This document shows positions 46,648 through 60,626 of a stretch of 64,000 nt of DNA, in pieces. The stretch is from assembly GCF_009914755.1 (NCBI RefSeq), contig NC_060929.1; one strand, given 5' to 3'. Within the stretch, counting starts at the first letter, position 1; every line of letters begins with the position of its first letter. Under the pieces are notes generated by a model that did no database searches, was not told the origin of the DNA, and was given only the letters and a program-made list of their open reading frames with translations. Origin of the DNA: the human T2T-CHM13v2.0 reference genome, Homo sapiens. The position numbers were made by a program, and so were the translations under genes.

Positions 46648-49600
46648 TGAGCCTGAGCTAGAAGTCAGGGCTGTGACCCTGCAGACCAGTAGTCCCTTTG
46701 CTGCCTGAGCCATGTCCTTCCTAGAAGTTCATGGCTAATGACACTCACTCCTCCCCCATCTGGGAGTGTTTAGATCTGTTTTTCCATTGAAAGACTAATT
46801 AATGTGCAGATCACAAAGCCCTCCACATAACAGGAGGTTGGAGTTGGGAGGATCAGGGAAGGACTGAACATTAACTCTGTGCTGACTATCCTAATCATTG
46901 CACCAGGCCCAACTGGAGGCAAGGAGATGAGTGTTTACACCTGTTTGAATTCACTGTGAACTGTTCATTCACAAGCATTTCCTGAGCCCCTGCTTTGAGG
47001 CAGACACAGTGGGTAAAGAAGCGCTGGAAGCCACAGCCTTCAGGGTGTCCACAGTCTAGTGGGGAGCCAGATGTGTGCTTCAATGAGAAAGGCCTCAGGA
47101 AAGTCTTTGGAACCCCTGACTCTGGCTTGGTGGATCAGGAAGCCTCCAGAAAGGAAGAGGCTGTTGATCGGGTTTTTTAGTTCTACGTAGCATTTAGAGA
47201 TGGGGACATGGGATGGCGAAGTGTTTTAATACTGTGGGAACAACATAGGGGAAGATTTAGTGGCAGGAAAATGTAGGCACATGGTGGGACAAGGGAGCCT
47301 TTGGTTAGCACAGACAAGCAATGCAGGGATGGTGGGGGTTTTGGAAGATGTGGAGTAAGTTGGGAAGCGCTTGGATTTCTTCGCTGAGGATAGGCTTAGA
47401 TTATATTCAGCAGGCAGTGAAGCACTTTGGACACCAGAATGATGCAATCAGAGTGGTGTTGGAGAAGAGAAAACTGGCCTCTGGAAGGGGCAGAAGAGTG
47501 GTGGGAATTGTAGAAGTGGGTAGATTGATTTGAAGGCTATAGCCACAGACCTGGGGCCCTGGGCTTGGGAACAGAGACAGGTGGCAGATGCAGAGGCCCT
47601 GATGATATAGAAGCAGCAGGCCAAGCATTAGGCATAAGCAGGAGAGAGGAAAGTGTCAAAAATGACCAAAGACCCCAAAGTTGGATGACAATGAGACAAG
47701 TGGAACCCCCCACACAGGGAATTAAGTAGCAAATGAAACATCTAAGACGGTTCTTGGCATGGAGCAGGTAATCAATCAATGCTTACTGTGGCTGCTGCTG
47801 GAGGGGCAGACTTGAGTGAGAAGAGGATGAGTTTTGCCTGGTCTATGTAGTGTGAGGTGCCTGTGAGATTGCACCTGGAAGCATCAGGGCTGCAGGTAGA
47901 GGCACAAGTGCAATAGGCATAGAAGTGACAGTTGAGGTCATAACATTAGATGCAAACACCAAGCGAGCTGCAAATAAGGCAGAGGATGGCAGCAAAGAGA
48001 AGACTTAGTGAAGGAATTTGGGAAGAAGCAGAGAGTTACAGTAACACTAATAACTGCAGTTAAAATTATCGAGCTCATACCATGTATTGAGCTATACCAC
48101 GTTAATGCCCATTCCATTATCATCACAGCAACCCTATGAAATAGGCCCACTTATCATCTTTATTTTACAGGTGAGAAAACCGAGGCTGAATTACATAATT
48201 TGTCCATGCTCACATAACTATCCCTTGGGGAGGTGGGGAATTACCCCAGGCTGTGCAACTCTATGACCCCTAGAAACTGAGTCCTGAGAAACTGGTGTTA
48301 CTGAAGTAGGAGGAAGGAGCATGTGGAGGGGAAAAATGCTAAAGTTGGGGTGATGATGGGGACAGAGACAGAGGGCAATGGAGAAGGAAAAGGCGTTCAT
48401 TTCCAAGTTGGGAGAGAAGAAGAAAGAAAGTAAAAATGCAGAGAGATTCTTGAGGGCAAGTGGGAGGAAGTTGAGGGAATTGATGTCAGAAGCCCTGGCT
48501 CCATCATACTGAAGACCATCTGGATAGAAAGGAATCAGAGTGGGGCCAGGATTTGAGGTGAAGAAGGTTCTAATTTCTGGACATGACAAGAGCAGACAAG
48601 CTGGGCTGGATGGTAACAGCAGAGAGGGTCAGCCAAGAGGGGTCTCAGCCACAAAGCCATCTGAGCCCAAGAATCTGCATGGTGACAAAATAAGGCAAAA
48701 ACATTTCTCTAGTTTCCCTGAATCCTCAGAGTTGCCTGGCTGGGAGGTCATCAGCTGTACCTCTGAGGCCCTGAGTGCATCCATTTGTCTCTTTAGCAAT
48801 ATTTTATTGCTACTTTGAAGATGTGTGGCAACCAAGGAAAATATTCTTCTCCAGGCAGGTTGACCTTGGGAAGGAACAGCAGATTTTCCAAGACTTTCCC
48901 AGTACAGGGTAGGGGTTATTGATGTTAAGATCCCTGAAGGGACACACAACCCTTAAAGATGAAACCTTATGTAGAAAGGCAGGAACCCTTGGAGCATGAA
49001 AAGGGACCCAAAATCCTGAAGACAACCCAGGCCTGTATAGCCTGGGCCTTCTCAAGTAGGCTGTGGGTTGCCAACAGCAAGTGAGAGCTGGAGCAATGGC
49101 AGCCCAGGAGTGAAGGGAGGAGGTTTGTGGAGAGGCCAAGCATATGGCCATGCAGTTCCAAAGAAGTCCTTGTTCTGAACGGTTTGACTAGTTTGAACCC
49201 TTTGAACAGTTTGTCCTTTTCAAACAGTTGTCCCACATAGTTACCAGACATTAATGATAGTGCATATTACACCATTGTACAAATTACGTACATTGGTGAC
49301 ACATGGTTTATTTAAAGCAATTGACAACAGCAAGTATTGTCCTGATTTCTGGACTTAACACCAGTATTGGTCATTCTTGGCCCCATGTGGGCAACAGTGA
49401 TCTCCCACAGTAGACTTGGCTGCAGGTCACAGCTGCCTGCAGTTGGCAGGTCTGGCACTTCCAGAATCCAGAGTCATATAAGGACATGGTGATAAAAATA
49501 GGAATAAGAACTATTTGCCTTGAGTAAGGGACATTTGCATGGCATGTATTTCAGTAAAGCACATTTGTCAATATTCCCTTTTCATGTTCATAAAAGCCAA

Positions 49601-51414
49601 ATGAGGTGGACAGGCCACTTATTCTCTGCCTTTCACAGATCATGAGGAAACTAAGACCCAGTGAGATTGAATCTCTTGCATGGGGTTGTACATTAAGTAG
49701 CAACTGAATAGGAATGCAAATCCAGGGCTCTTTCTATGAAAGCATCTGCCTATCTTGGGCCTCTCACGTCATGAGGAAACTGCTGGACTCTTAGAAACAG
49801 GAACTAGGTAGGAGCTTCCCAGCTGGTAATATCCTGGGAAGTGATCTGAGGGGTCCACCAGCCTGCTCAAGCTCAAACCCAAACTGAGGATGTTACAGCC
49901 AGCCTGTCTGCTGGAGGATGTACAGCCATGTTACTGATGCTTCCATCAAATCTAAGCAGTGCTGTAGGTGGGACCCTGATTTTGGAATTTCCTTTAATAT
50001 CTAAAGCCTCTGACCCAAGGATCAGTCAGGGCCAGACTTTTGATGAATGCCAAGGGTGTGAGTCTTGGGAGTGCTGAGACCTGCCTAAGTCAGGCGCTCC
50101 ATTGTCCATGGAGTAGATGCTGAGATATATATGGGACTCGGGCCATAGTGTATGATTCCTGTCATCAGGAAACTCACCGCCACACTAAGGGCAAAACAAC
50201 ACACTCAGAAAACAGTAGCAACAGAGGCAAGCCATACTAGGGGGCACAGCCTCAGGCATGGGCTGTGGGGACCTTTTTCTAAGAGCGCCTTGTTAATATG
50301 GAAAATGTGGTCCAACCCATCGAACAGCAGCTGTACTTTTAAGAGTTCGTGGACTAAGAAAACAAATATGTAAGGAAGCTACTATGGATTACTAATATGT
50401 TTAAGTAAAATCTTATTGTGTTACCTGTGATAGTACCCACACATATGAGAAAAATGGGCACATATGTATGTGTGAGACATTGTAGGAATTCTGTCAATGC
50501 ATAATGCTCATGGATTGTGGGGTGCCTTGAAATGACTCCCACTGGCTGAGCCTTACTGGAATAGAACCCTCGTGAAAACCCACACATCCCTGACTAGTGA
50601 CCCATAGGGCCTCATTTGTGGATGGCTGATTTGTGAAGGATTTTCTGTAGAAAGTGGCCTCTTGAGAAATTATGCTGTGTTCCCTGTCCCACCACCCACA
50701 TACCGACATACCCACACAGCAGAGGAGGCTGGGAGCACTTTCCCTTCCAGAGAGTGGCCAGGCCTTTGTGCTCCTGAGGGCCAGCCCTGCTCCCCTCAGT
50801 GGCCAGCCATTGTGTTTCTGCTGGCCTTACTGTTTCCAAGGTCATGGCCCATTGAAGACATTGAATAGCATTGACTGAGAAAGGAAAATAAATGGAACAT
50901 CTTTGTGTTTGTGTCTGAGGAAGGCACAGTGACTTTCTGTGGCTGGGTCCCTGGGTTCTGGAAAAGGGGCAATAGTGGTAGAGCTGGTGTCTCCTGTCTG
51001 TGTCCAGCCCAGCTCAGCCCTTCTGAAGTTGGATGTCCCCTAAGAGATGGCTGTATTGGTACCTGTTAGGATTGGCCAAACCTGGACCTACAACCACCAC
51101 ACCCCAAAATAAAACTCCCTGAAGAGGCATCTACCTCTAAGGGACCTCCCAGGCCAAACAGGAGGCCAGCAGTAAGGCACTGGCACTTCACAGAGAGCTG
51201 CAGAGCCAGATAGCCATGGCCTGTGGCTTTAGGTGTGCTGGCCGGGACTGAGCTGGACAAGGCAGGAGGCCTGGGCCCTCCTCCACTTCCTACGGCAGTG
51301 GGTTGCTATTTTCATTGACTTTGAACATCTTGCTAGTCTTGGTTACATAGGTGCAGGGGGCCTGAGATAGCCCTAACTGAAGTTGGGGAAATGAAGGAAA
51401 CCACATGCCTCCTG

Positions 51415-51552
51415 AGTTTTTGAGGTACATAATCTCTATCTATCCTAATAAAAGGTAGTATGCCCTTGATCTAGAGAGGCAGCAGTTTTTGAGGTACGTA
51501 ATCCATATCTATCCTAATAAAAGGTAGTATGCCCTTGATCTAGAGAGGCAGC
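51415..51552. repeat. 69-bp tandem duplication
   Basis: 51415-51483 vs 51484-51552, 3 mismatches. Confidence 0.92.
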
Positions 51553-52549
51553 AAAAGTTGGTCTCAAATGCAAAGCATTCATGATTTTAAAAAGATCAAA
51601 ATTTGATTAATGTTTTAATCCTCATTACAGAATAAAAAATTCTAATTAGAGAAATTAGGTACACTTCGCTTGAGAAGGATATATATCTAATGCCAATCCT
51701 TTCGCATATGCATGTACACCCTGAAGGTTCAGAAACAATGGGCTGGGAGTTGGCAGTTTCCTGTGAGCTGTGTCCTGATCCGGCACCTCGTAGTCTTCCT
51801 CAGGTTCCTTGGACAAAGGACTTGCAAGTCCAGAGATCTCAGTTGTGCATATTTCCAAGACTGACTTACCAGTAACTTTTCAAATCAGCTTTTAAGAGTC
51901 ATCAAAATTGGGTTTTCACAAACTAAAATTGGTCCCATGGTATCAGAGTACCAAGAACTCCGATCCAGTGTTTTCCTGAGGCTATCTGCTGAGGCTCCTG
52001 GCAACCCCCCGGCTCTGCCACCCCCACAAGCCAGAGAGCACTTAGCACCACATGGGCCACTGGCGGAGATTTCTGCTGTTTTCCAGAAGAAGGCTCTTCT
52101 GTTTATTCATCAGCAGGGCTATCTTATACTGGTCATAGTTTTCTATGGCTCCTACTCTTGCTGTTGAATTGAAAATCAGTATTACTATAAGTGCATCATC
52201 ATGTTAGGTTTGTTGGACTTTGGGCCTCACCAATGGTGGTGGTGTGGTGCATTTTTATCTCAGGTATATTTATGCTTGGAATTATAATAACTACCTTTGA
52301 TGACATTCTGCTCTGTGGACCCAGTATGAATCATCCATACCACTATTGGTAGTGCTAGTGCTGATGGACTTGTAAGTTACAACCACTGCCCCAGAGAAAG
52401 GTTGCTTCTCAATGAGTGACACCTCATGATATCACAGAGTTGTTTTACCTTGAAAATCAGGAGAGGATAGTTAGGCTGTGGAATCACTGCTCTCCCTAAC
52501 TGGGCTGTAAACAAAACAGTTTATTTCAAATATGAGAAGTCACTTCCAT

Positions 52550-53170
52550 TGTAGAGTGTGATGACATAGGTGAATGCAATTGTAAAAACTCATCAATCGT
52601 GCACTTGAAAGCTTTACCTTTTATTGAATACAAAGTATAGTTCAATTAAAAGACAAACTGACAAAAAACAAAAATAAGAGGCCAGAGGAGGAGAACAGGG
52701 GCTTTTGAGAATGAGACTTAAGAATGGGGAGGAGGTCCAGCCAAGAATGCATGACCACAATGTAATAAGGAAATGTCAGACAAACCCCGAATCAGGAAAG
52801 CTCTATTAACAAGCAGAGGGGTTGTGTACTCTTAAAAAATGTCAGTGTCACAAGAAACAAAGAAAGGCTATGGAAATGTTCCAGATTGAAGCACTGGATC
52901 CTGTCCTGGAGGGGAAAATGCTATAAAGGGCATGCATGAAGATCAAATGACAATTTGATCATAGATGGTAGATTAAAGTATTGTCAAAGTAGCTATATGA
53001 AACTGGTAATTGTGCTATAGTTATATAAGACAATATCTCCATTCTTAGGAAATATTTTTCAACATATTTAGGGGTAAAGACTCTTCAAGTATGTAACTCA
53101 CCCAGAAATAGTTTAGAAAATGAAGTTATGTATGAATGTGTAAAAATACATCTATGTGTATACACACACA

Positions 53171-53202
<32 letters not shown>

Positions 53203-53700
53203 TTCCCTATTGCTTACCTTGGGAAGAAAAGAAGAAAAAGGATAAGTTTGGGTCTTGTTGCCAAAGTCAGTTCAAGGTTTGACAGGTGTTTTTGCAACAT
53301 CTGCACCTCCAAGCAGACACAATGTTACCAGAATCCCCTCTTTCAATCAATAACTCCTGAAAGCCACATCATACCCATAGCTGATTCATGAAAACCTTGA
53401 CTCCTGGTCAGGTCACTCTTACCTGGAAATGAATGGGGCTTAGGCAAAGTTTAGACACTGGGACAATTATATCGATTCAGTTGAATTGAACACACACGAG
53501 TGAGAAGGGAGGGAAGTGAAGAGAGTGGGAGAGAGAACCCACAAACAATAAGCAAATGAGCTTATTTGCTTATTGTTAGCAATAGATAAATCTGGGTAAA
53601 TTGTATGTATGGGCATTCTTTATACTATTTTGCTTTTTATACTTCTTTTGCAAATTTAGAATTATTTCCAAATAAAAAGTTTTTTCAAAAAAAAATATTG
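52550..53700 (+). mobile_element. Old L1 3' end (L1MC4-like), interrupted by a local duplication
   Basis: ATTCTTAGGAAATA...ATTTAGGGGTAAAG, an internal (CA)n/(GA)n tract, and terminal AATTATTTCCAAATAAAAAGTT. Confidence 0.65.
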
Positions 53701-55559
53701 TGAATGAAGGAGCTAGAAAGAATTCCAAGAGCTTCACAGTATAAACTTGGGTCAGTTTGGAGCTGTGTCAGTATCCTGGTGATGGGAGTCACCATGATAA
53801 TTATACTGCACTAACAGCCATAAATGGGTAATTCCAAAGCAATAAAAGCTAGATTGGTTATGTGGCAAACCTGGGAGAATGAGAGAGAATTTCCTTATTG
53901 CTTACTCCGCAGGGAAAAGGAAAACAGTACAGGATTTTTGTTGACAAGGCCAGTTGGAGGTTTGGTGGGTGTTTTCCCATCTGTACTTTCAAACAAGCAG
54001 AATGTTATCAAGATCCTCTCCCTCAGTCAGTAACTCCTGAAAGCCACTATTTACCCATAGTTGCTTCATGAAAACCTTGACTCCTGGGTCAAGTCAGTTT
54101 TGCCTGGAGATGAAAGCAGTTCAGGCAAAATTTATACATTGGGACAATGACATCTATTCTGTCTAACGGCAGAATTTCTCCAGATGAACCAGGCAGTAGC
54201 ACCATGGGTCTGGAAGAGGAAGGGGTGCCTAGTGATCTCTCAGTGGGCTTTCAAAGGCCATCATGTCTGATCTTGCTCAGAGGGGTCTTGTGCCCCCAAA
54301 GGTGGCTACTACCCCGGCTCACCTCCTATGGGATCCACTGTGGAAGAAGTTGGCTCCATCTCCTGTCCACACTGAAGTTGGCCTAATGGATATGGCAGGG
54401 GTTTACTCCCTTCCCCACTGGAAGATGGAAAATACAGCATGGGTTTGTTCAAGCATACTTCCCAGGCACGCAGAAACCACCCCCTCAACCTCACCTGCTT
54501 CTGGGATGAGTTAAAGTACAGATTACACTTTATTCTCCAATCTCTAGACTGTGGAGTCATGAAGCCGAATGCTTCTAACCTTTCCTCTGATAAAGATGGA
54601 CTGTTTGGGGGACTTGGACATTGACCTATATGATGAAAGCTGTCTGCCTGTTTACCAGCATGTGTAAAATCAGATTGGAACACTGTACAGAGAATTAAAC
54701 TCAGGTGGCAAAATAGGCTTGTGGTCGCAGACACACTTTATTCTATTTCTTTCCTGGTCATGTCACATTATGTTATTTCCTGGAGAAGGGAAAGTCAAGA
54801 ACAAGAGCCTACTTTATCTGCACTGGGTCTGGAAGTTCTGTCTGGTCATGAGTCAAAGCCTCATAGTAGAGAAGGATCCATAGCAGAGAAGGGTCCGTAG
54901 CAGAGAAGACAAGCATCAGAGTGGGAGATGGGTAGCAAATGAGAGAGAGGCAGAGTCTCAGCTGGCTATGTGCACCCCTAGAAGAAGCTGGAGACAAACA
55001 ACCCCTGAGCTGCCAGCATAGACTACTGAGGTTAGACAAGAAGATAGCAGCCCTGGGTCCCAGGACTTTGAGGGGCCAAGAGCCCCAGTGCTGCCCTACA
55101 ACTGTTTAGGGCACAGCCTGGCCAGGGCTGGAGTGAGTCACTGAGAATATACCCAGCTCTCCAACCTGTGGGTCCTGCCACCAATTCATGTCAGCAACCT
55201 TGGTCTCAGTTGATAACGTTTTAAGCCCCTACAATGTTCAAATCACCATGCTGAACACTGTACATGTATTACCTTATTTGCACTCATGACAAGCTCCCCC
55301 TCTTTTAACATAAGGAAATGGGCTGAAAATGCTGCCTTGCCAAGGTAAATTTCGAATTATTTCCAAATAATTTTAATAAAATTATTTATTTTATTTTTAT
55401 AAAATTATAAATATTAAATTATAGATTTTAAATTTTATGTATAATTTATAAATTATTTTCAATAAGCGGTAGAGCTAGGATTTGCAGCCAGGACAGTCTG
55501 GCTCCAAATCTCATATACATTTTGCTCCGCCACACTGTGCATAAATAAATGTGTACACA

Positions 55560-55607
<48 letters not shown>
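55560..55607. repeat. (CA)n microsatellite
   Basis: About 23 AC units. Confidence 0.95.
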
Positions 55608-55608
<1 letters not shown>

Positions 55609-55956
55609 CATGTTGGATTTTCTAGCTTCAAAGAAGAGCTTAGTGTGGCTTCTCATAATTGATTCTAGACATTCTGAAGTCACATTTGCTTCGAAAGAAG
55701 TAGTGGTATTGACCTAAAGTAACTGGTGTTCTATCACGTGGCTGAGATCGTCCCCAGTCTGGCTGTGTATATTGGCAGGGGCTCTTGTTGGGACCTCAGT
55801 ATCCTGGTTTGAGCTGCCAAGAAGGTCAGATTTGGTAAAAGCTGATGGGCTACATGAGAGGGAACTGTCAAAGGGCTGGGCTGGCTCCAGTGTCACGGAA
55901 TGTCCAGTCTCTTACACCCTGGGTCACTTGCCACCTTCTCTCCCCTGTCTTTGCAG

Positions 55957-56214
55957 CCAACCTCGGTTTGAAGTCCAGGGCAGTGGCTCCTGCGGAGCAG
56001 CCAGCATACCAGGGGCCAGTGCACTGCATTACAACCATTGTGAGGAATGAGGGCCTGGCGGGGCTATACCGGGGGGCCAGTGCCATGCTGCTGAGGGATG
56101 TCCCAGGCTATTGCCTCTACTTCATCCCCTACGTGTTCCTGAGTGAGTGGATCACACCTGAGGCCTGCACAGGCCCCAGCCCCTGTGCCGTGTGGCTGGC
56201 GGGCGGCATGGCAG
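55957..56214 (+). CDS. SLC25A48: SLC25A48 coding exon 5 (ANLGLKSRAV...GLYRGASAMLLRDVPGY...LAGGMA)
   Basis: Acceptor CTCCCCTGTCTTTGCAG|, donor CAG|GTAAGG. 258 bp, phase 1/1. EGLAGLYRG carrier motif and RD contact point. Confidence 0.97.
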
Positions 56215-58199
56215 GTAAGGGCAGCAGCAGCTGGAGCCGCACCCCTGTGCAGGCCACAGCAGTGGGACAGCTGGGGAACTGCCATGCCCTTCTCAGCCCA
56301 GGGGGAGGGCAGGACACATTTAGGTACTCACCCAACAATTCTTTGTTAGGTACCTACTCTGTCCCCGGCCCTCTCCCACCTCAGTCTCATCCCTTCCCTA
56401 TGCAGCTATGAGAATGGCAGTTCCCATTTGACTTTCAGGCAACAGATATATTTTGAACACATACTCTGTGTCAGGCATTACTAAGCTTTGGAAAGGAAAT
56501 CCATTATCATGGTTCAGTTTATTAAATGCAATCTTTGTAATGTAAGGATGCCATTAGTTCTACAAGGTAGGAATCGGTTTCCCCATTTCACAGATGAGAA
56601 AACTCAGGTCCAGAAATGTTAAGTAGCCAATCCCAGGTCATACAGCTGGAGCTGACAGTATAGCAGGGACTCTGCAGTCAGAAAGATTTAAGTTCAAATC
56701 CACACTTCATCATTTTGTGACCATGGACTTGTTGCTTAACCTCCCTGCTCAGAATCCTGCACCACATCCTTCTTTCATTTAAGGTAAAAGTTGATATCTT
56801 TGCAATGGTTTTCCAGGCCCTCAGTGATCTAGCTCCCTGTTCCCCACCCACCTCACTTCTACTCCTCTCCCCTTCCTCACTTTCTCCAGTCACACTGGTC
56901 TCTGCTGCAACTTGACCATGCCTGGCCCTTCCCTGACCACAGGGCCTTTGTACCTGCTACTCACCACCTCCTGAATTTAACAACGTGGAGACCACTGGGG
57001 ATTTTGGCAAGGGCCATTTGATGGAGAGAAGGGTGTAAAAACCTGATGAAGTGGGATAAAGAAAGAATGGGATGAAGGATATTGGTGCACCCAAGTATAC
57101 ACAACTCTTCTGAGGGTTCTGCTATGCTGTAATGAGGAACAGAGAAACAGAGCCATAGCCAGAAGGGCCTTTGGAAGCCAAGAGAGGATACTTTTTAAGA
57201 AGGCTGACATCATGACATGTTTGATGTGATGGGAAAGATCTAACAGAAAGAAGAAAATCATGAATCATCCTCCTCCTCCTGCTCCTCCTCCCTCTCTTTC
57301 TCCTCCTCATCATCACAGTTTGCCATGCTGTCAGCTCATAGCAGACATATAACGAAGCTCATGTCTTAGCCACCTAACTACAGTTTCACGTTCTGGCCCC
57401 CAGGTGCCTGTGCTCATGCCCAGCTCCTAGTAAGAGCTCAGTCAGTACCGACTGGCAGAGAGGACGGCAAGGCCCCATTTGCTCTCACTTTTGCAGAGAG
57501 CAGGTGTGAATGGCCTGGCAGGCAAATCCCGTTTTGTGATGCCCTCACCCATGGGCTGAGGGGCAAGGGAGTGCACCAGGGCAGCACCTGGGGAAGTGGC
57601 CCCATTGTCCTGGCAGAAGGCACAGGTTTAGAGAGGCTCCTGGAGGACCAAGGGCAGGAGGCTGAGGGGACCAGAGGCCAGGATAGGCTGAGGGCCAAGG
57701 GCAGTCTAAGGTCTCTTTTGAGAGCTACTGCGCAGCAATTACAAAACCATGCAAACCAGTTGCCCTGGACTTTAACATCAATTTGTTTTTCTCTCCCCAT
57801 CTAGGAATGTACCAATTTCTGTGTTTCTATAATAACCTGGCATTGTTTTCCTAGAGTTCCTTACCTGAGCATATCCCATGAGGATGACCTAGTGGCATGT
57901 GATCCCAAGGCTTCTATTCCACATACTTGAAAAAGAAAAGAGATTTTTCAAAAAGCTGTCCCTGCTCTCTTTTTGCAACCCCCAGGCTGGCCCTTCCTTT
58001 GTGAGCAGCCTGTCTGCCTGTGTTTGTTTAGCTTCTCTGTGTTTAGAGTAAATCCTGCCCTCAGTGAGCTGCAAACCTTCAGCCTCATGCCTCACCCTGG
58101 GCTCTCTTCTGGTGCCCTGGGAAGGTGCTCCCAAGTACCTGTGGAGCCTGTTACTCTTTCTCCAATAAAAACTGCTAATAAATACTGCCACGTCTCGAG

Positions 58200-58420
58200 C
58201 ACTGGCTGTGGACTGGCACTTGCTCAATGCTTCACGTTCATCAATTCATTTGGTCCTCAAAACAGCCCCATAAAGATAGGTACTGCCATCCCATTTTACA
58301 GATGAGAAGCCCAAGGCTTAGAGAAGGGAGGAAACTTCTGCCAAGTCTCACAGCAAGTGGCGAGGGAGAATCAGAAACAAACTTTGCAGGTTCTAAGCCT
58401 GAGCTCTGTCCCTTCTCCCA
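58200..58420 (-). mobile_element. MIR SINE
   Basis: ATCCCATTTTACAGATGAGAAGCCCAAGGCTTAGAGAAG. Confidence 0.7.
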
Positions 58421-58517
58421 GCTTAATGAATCTCTAAATGGTAGAAATCTGCAAGGAACCAGGCCCCTCCAGATCCTAAGGAGCTAGCCCCTGACACCTG
58501 TTTCTTTCTCTTTGCAG

Positions 58518-58651
58518 GAGCAATTTCTTGGGGGACAGCGACTCCTATGGATGTCGTGAAAAGTCGACTCCAAGCTGATGGGGTTTATTTAAACAAATAT
58601 AAAGGTGTCCTGGACTGTATCTCCCAGAGTTACCAGAAGGAAGGTCTTAAA
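58518..58651 (+). CDS. SLC25A48: SLC25A48 coding exon 6 (GAISWGTATPMDVVKSRLQ...QKEGLK)
   Basis: Acceptor TTTCTTTCTCTTTGCAG|, donor AAA|GTAAGC. 134 bp. Carrier signature 3, PMDVVKSRLQ. Cumulative CDS is 813 nt; the remaining helix-6 exon was not found in the window. Confidence 0.97.
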
Positions 58652-60613
58652 GTAAGCCCACAGCAGGCCTGCGGGGTCAGTGTCAGTCCCTGGAAGGTGG
58701 TTCACACATTTAGGGGGATGTGGGACTATAGAGAAGGGAATCAGGAGACCAGGGGGCTGCTGGTGATTATGTATCAGGTGCCACAAGTGGGTGCTTTGTC
58801 AAGCACTTCACCTGGGTGGTCTTTTCACATGGCCAGTGGAGGAGATAGGTATGTGACCTGACAGAGGTTCAGAGAGGGCTGGTAACCTGCCGCAGCCACA
58901 CAGCTGGTCCATGGTGGCGCCTGGGCCTGGTCCATTTCTGTCTGTCTCCGCATTTTGCCTTCTCATCAAGATAGGTTGGGCAGCCCTTCCTCACTCATGG
59001 CTCAGTGCCTTCCCCACTCCTCCTCCCAGTGGGAAGTGCCAGAGCTGCCTTGCCTCCTTCCTGTCCTCAGTCAGCTCATCTCACCAGCTCCAGGCCCTGT
59101 GAACTGCCTTCTGCTCTCCCACCTGAGCCCTGACCCCAGACCTCTGGTCGTGGCTGAGGAGGCAGCCTCCAACACGTTTCCCTGGGCTGTGTCTCCTCTG
59201 TTCTTCCTACAGCTCAAGAGCTTAACTTAACACACACCCCTTCCCACCACCTGAAAAGGTGCTGCCCCAGGATAGACCAGACTTCCATGTCTGGTGTCCA
59301 AGGTAATACACAGATTCATCACCCTCCGCAGGAACTATCCTGCTGGCTCTTGCTTGCACGGGCTCCTTGCTTTCTTGGTGTGGCTCTTAGAGTCAGCAGA
59401 CATGGGTTCAAAGTCAGATGTAGCTACTGTGAGCTGGCAGGATCCAAGCAAGCAGCTTCATGTCTCAGGGCCTCAGTTTCTCCCAGAATGATCATCCCTT
59501 CCATGAAGGGCGGGGCATTTGTGGGTTAATACAAAAAGCACTCCATTCAATATGTAACCCATAGGGAAGAGTTAACCATTTCTCATTTGCATTAGTATTA
59601 TCAGTGTTGATTTTTTTAGCACCGGTATTACCCTGGAGCTCTGAGTCTTTTCTCACATGGCTGCCCCACCCCAGGCCCTGCCAGATGAATCTGCCCCATC
59701 CTTCCAGGCCCAGTGCAGTCCGCTGCCATTCCCAGGATCCATGTCCTTGGCTTGCTTCTCCTGTACCTCTCTCAAGGGGCTTCTCACACACCACCACGGG
59801 CAACAGCTATTTCTATACTGCCCCTTCTCTGCCTCTTACAGCAAGTTTTCTGACGTCCTGTTTTACTCTCTCCCCCAACTTGGGAAAGATCCAGAGTTGG
59901 ATGACCCAGTGTTGAGGTAAATAACTAACATGCCACATGAGAGGGACAAGATCCAAAAGCTAGATCAAAGGGCCACACTAAAAGACAGAACTACCAGAAG
60001 TCACTGTAAAGTCCAGCCCTTAGTATTCAATCATGGATCAATCATCTCTGTAGAGGATGGGGCAATCCGATTTGATGAAGGCTTCTAGGGAAAAATGCCT
60101 AAGGGCTTTAGTTTTCAAATGCTTATTTTTAGAGCACCTAGTATGTGGTAGGCACAGTTCTAGGAGCTGGGGACAGAGCAGTAAGCAAAAGAGAAAAAGC
60201 CCATTCTCTGATCAGCTAATGTTGGCAGTGAGCGAACAGTGAGACCTGTCCTAAGGTTGCATTAATAGAAGTACAGTGGGTAGAATAAGGGAGGTGGAGG
60301 CCTCTGCCCTGACCAGATTGCAGCTGGAATGTTGCATCCACCTTTGGTCACTACCCATTAAGCAAGACCCTAGTGGTGCCCTGGGAATGAAGAGCAGGAT
60401 ATCATAGCATGTGAGGAGAAGCTGGACCCTGGTTAGTATAAGAAGATGTGATACGGAGGAAACTTGAGTTCTGTCTTTATGTTTTAAGGATGGAGAAACT
60501 CAAAGCTTTCCTATTCTCATTATTTTAAATTCCTTTTTTAAATTTTTAACAAGAGCTGCTCTGACAGAAGGGTGAAGCCCAGCCCTGGTGCGGCCTCAAT
60601 TGTCTTTTGTATC

Positions 60614-60626
60614 TTTTTTTTCTTCT

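Noticed and set aside
55345-55465. Extremely AT-rich quasi-palindromic stretch
   Set aside because: Low-complexity expansion within MIR-like sequence; no defined unit or evidence of function.
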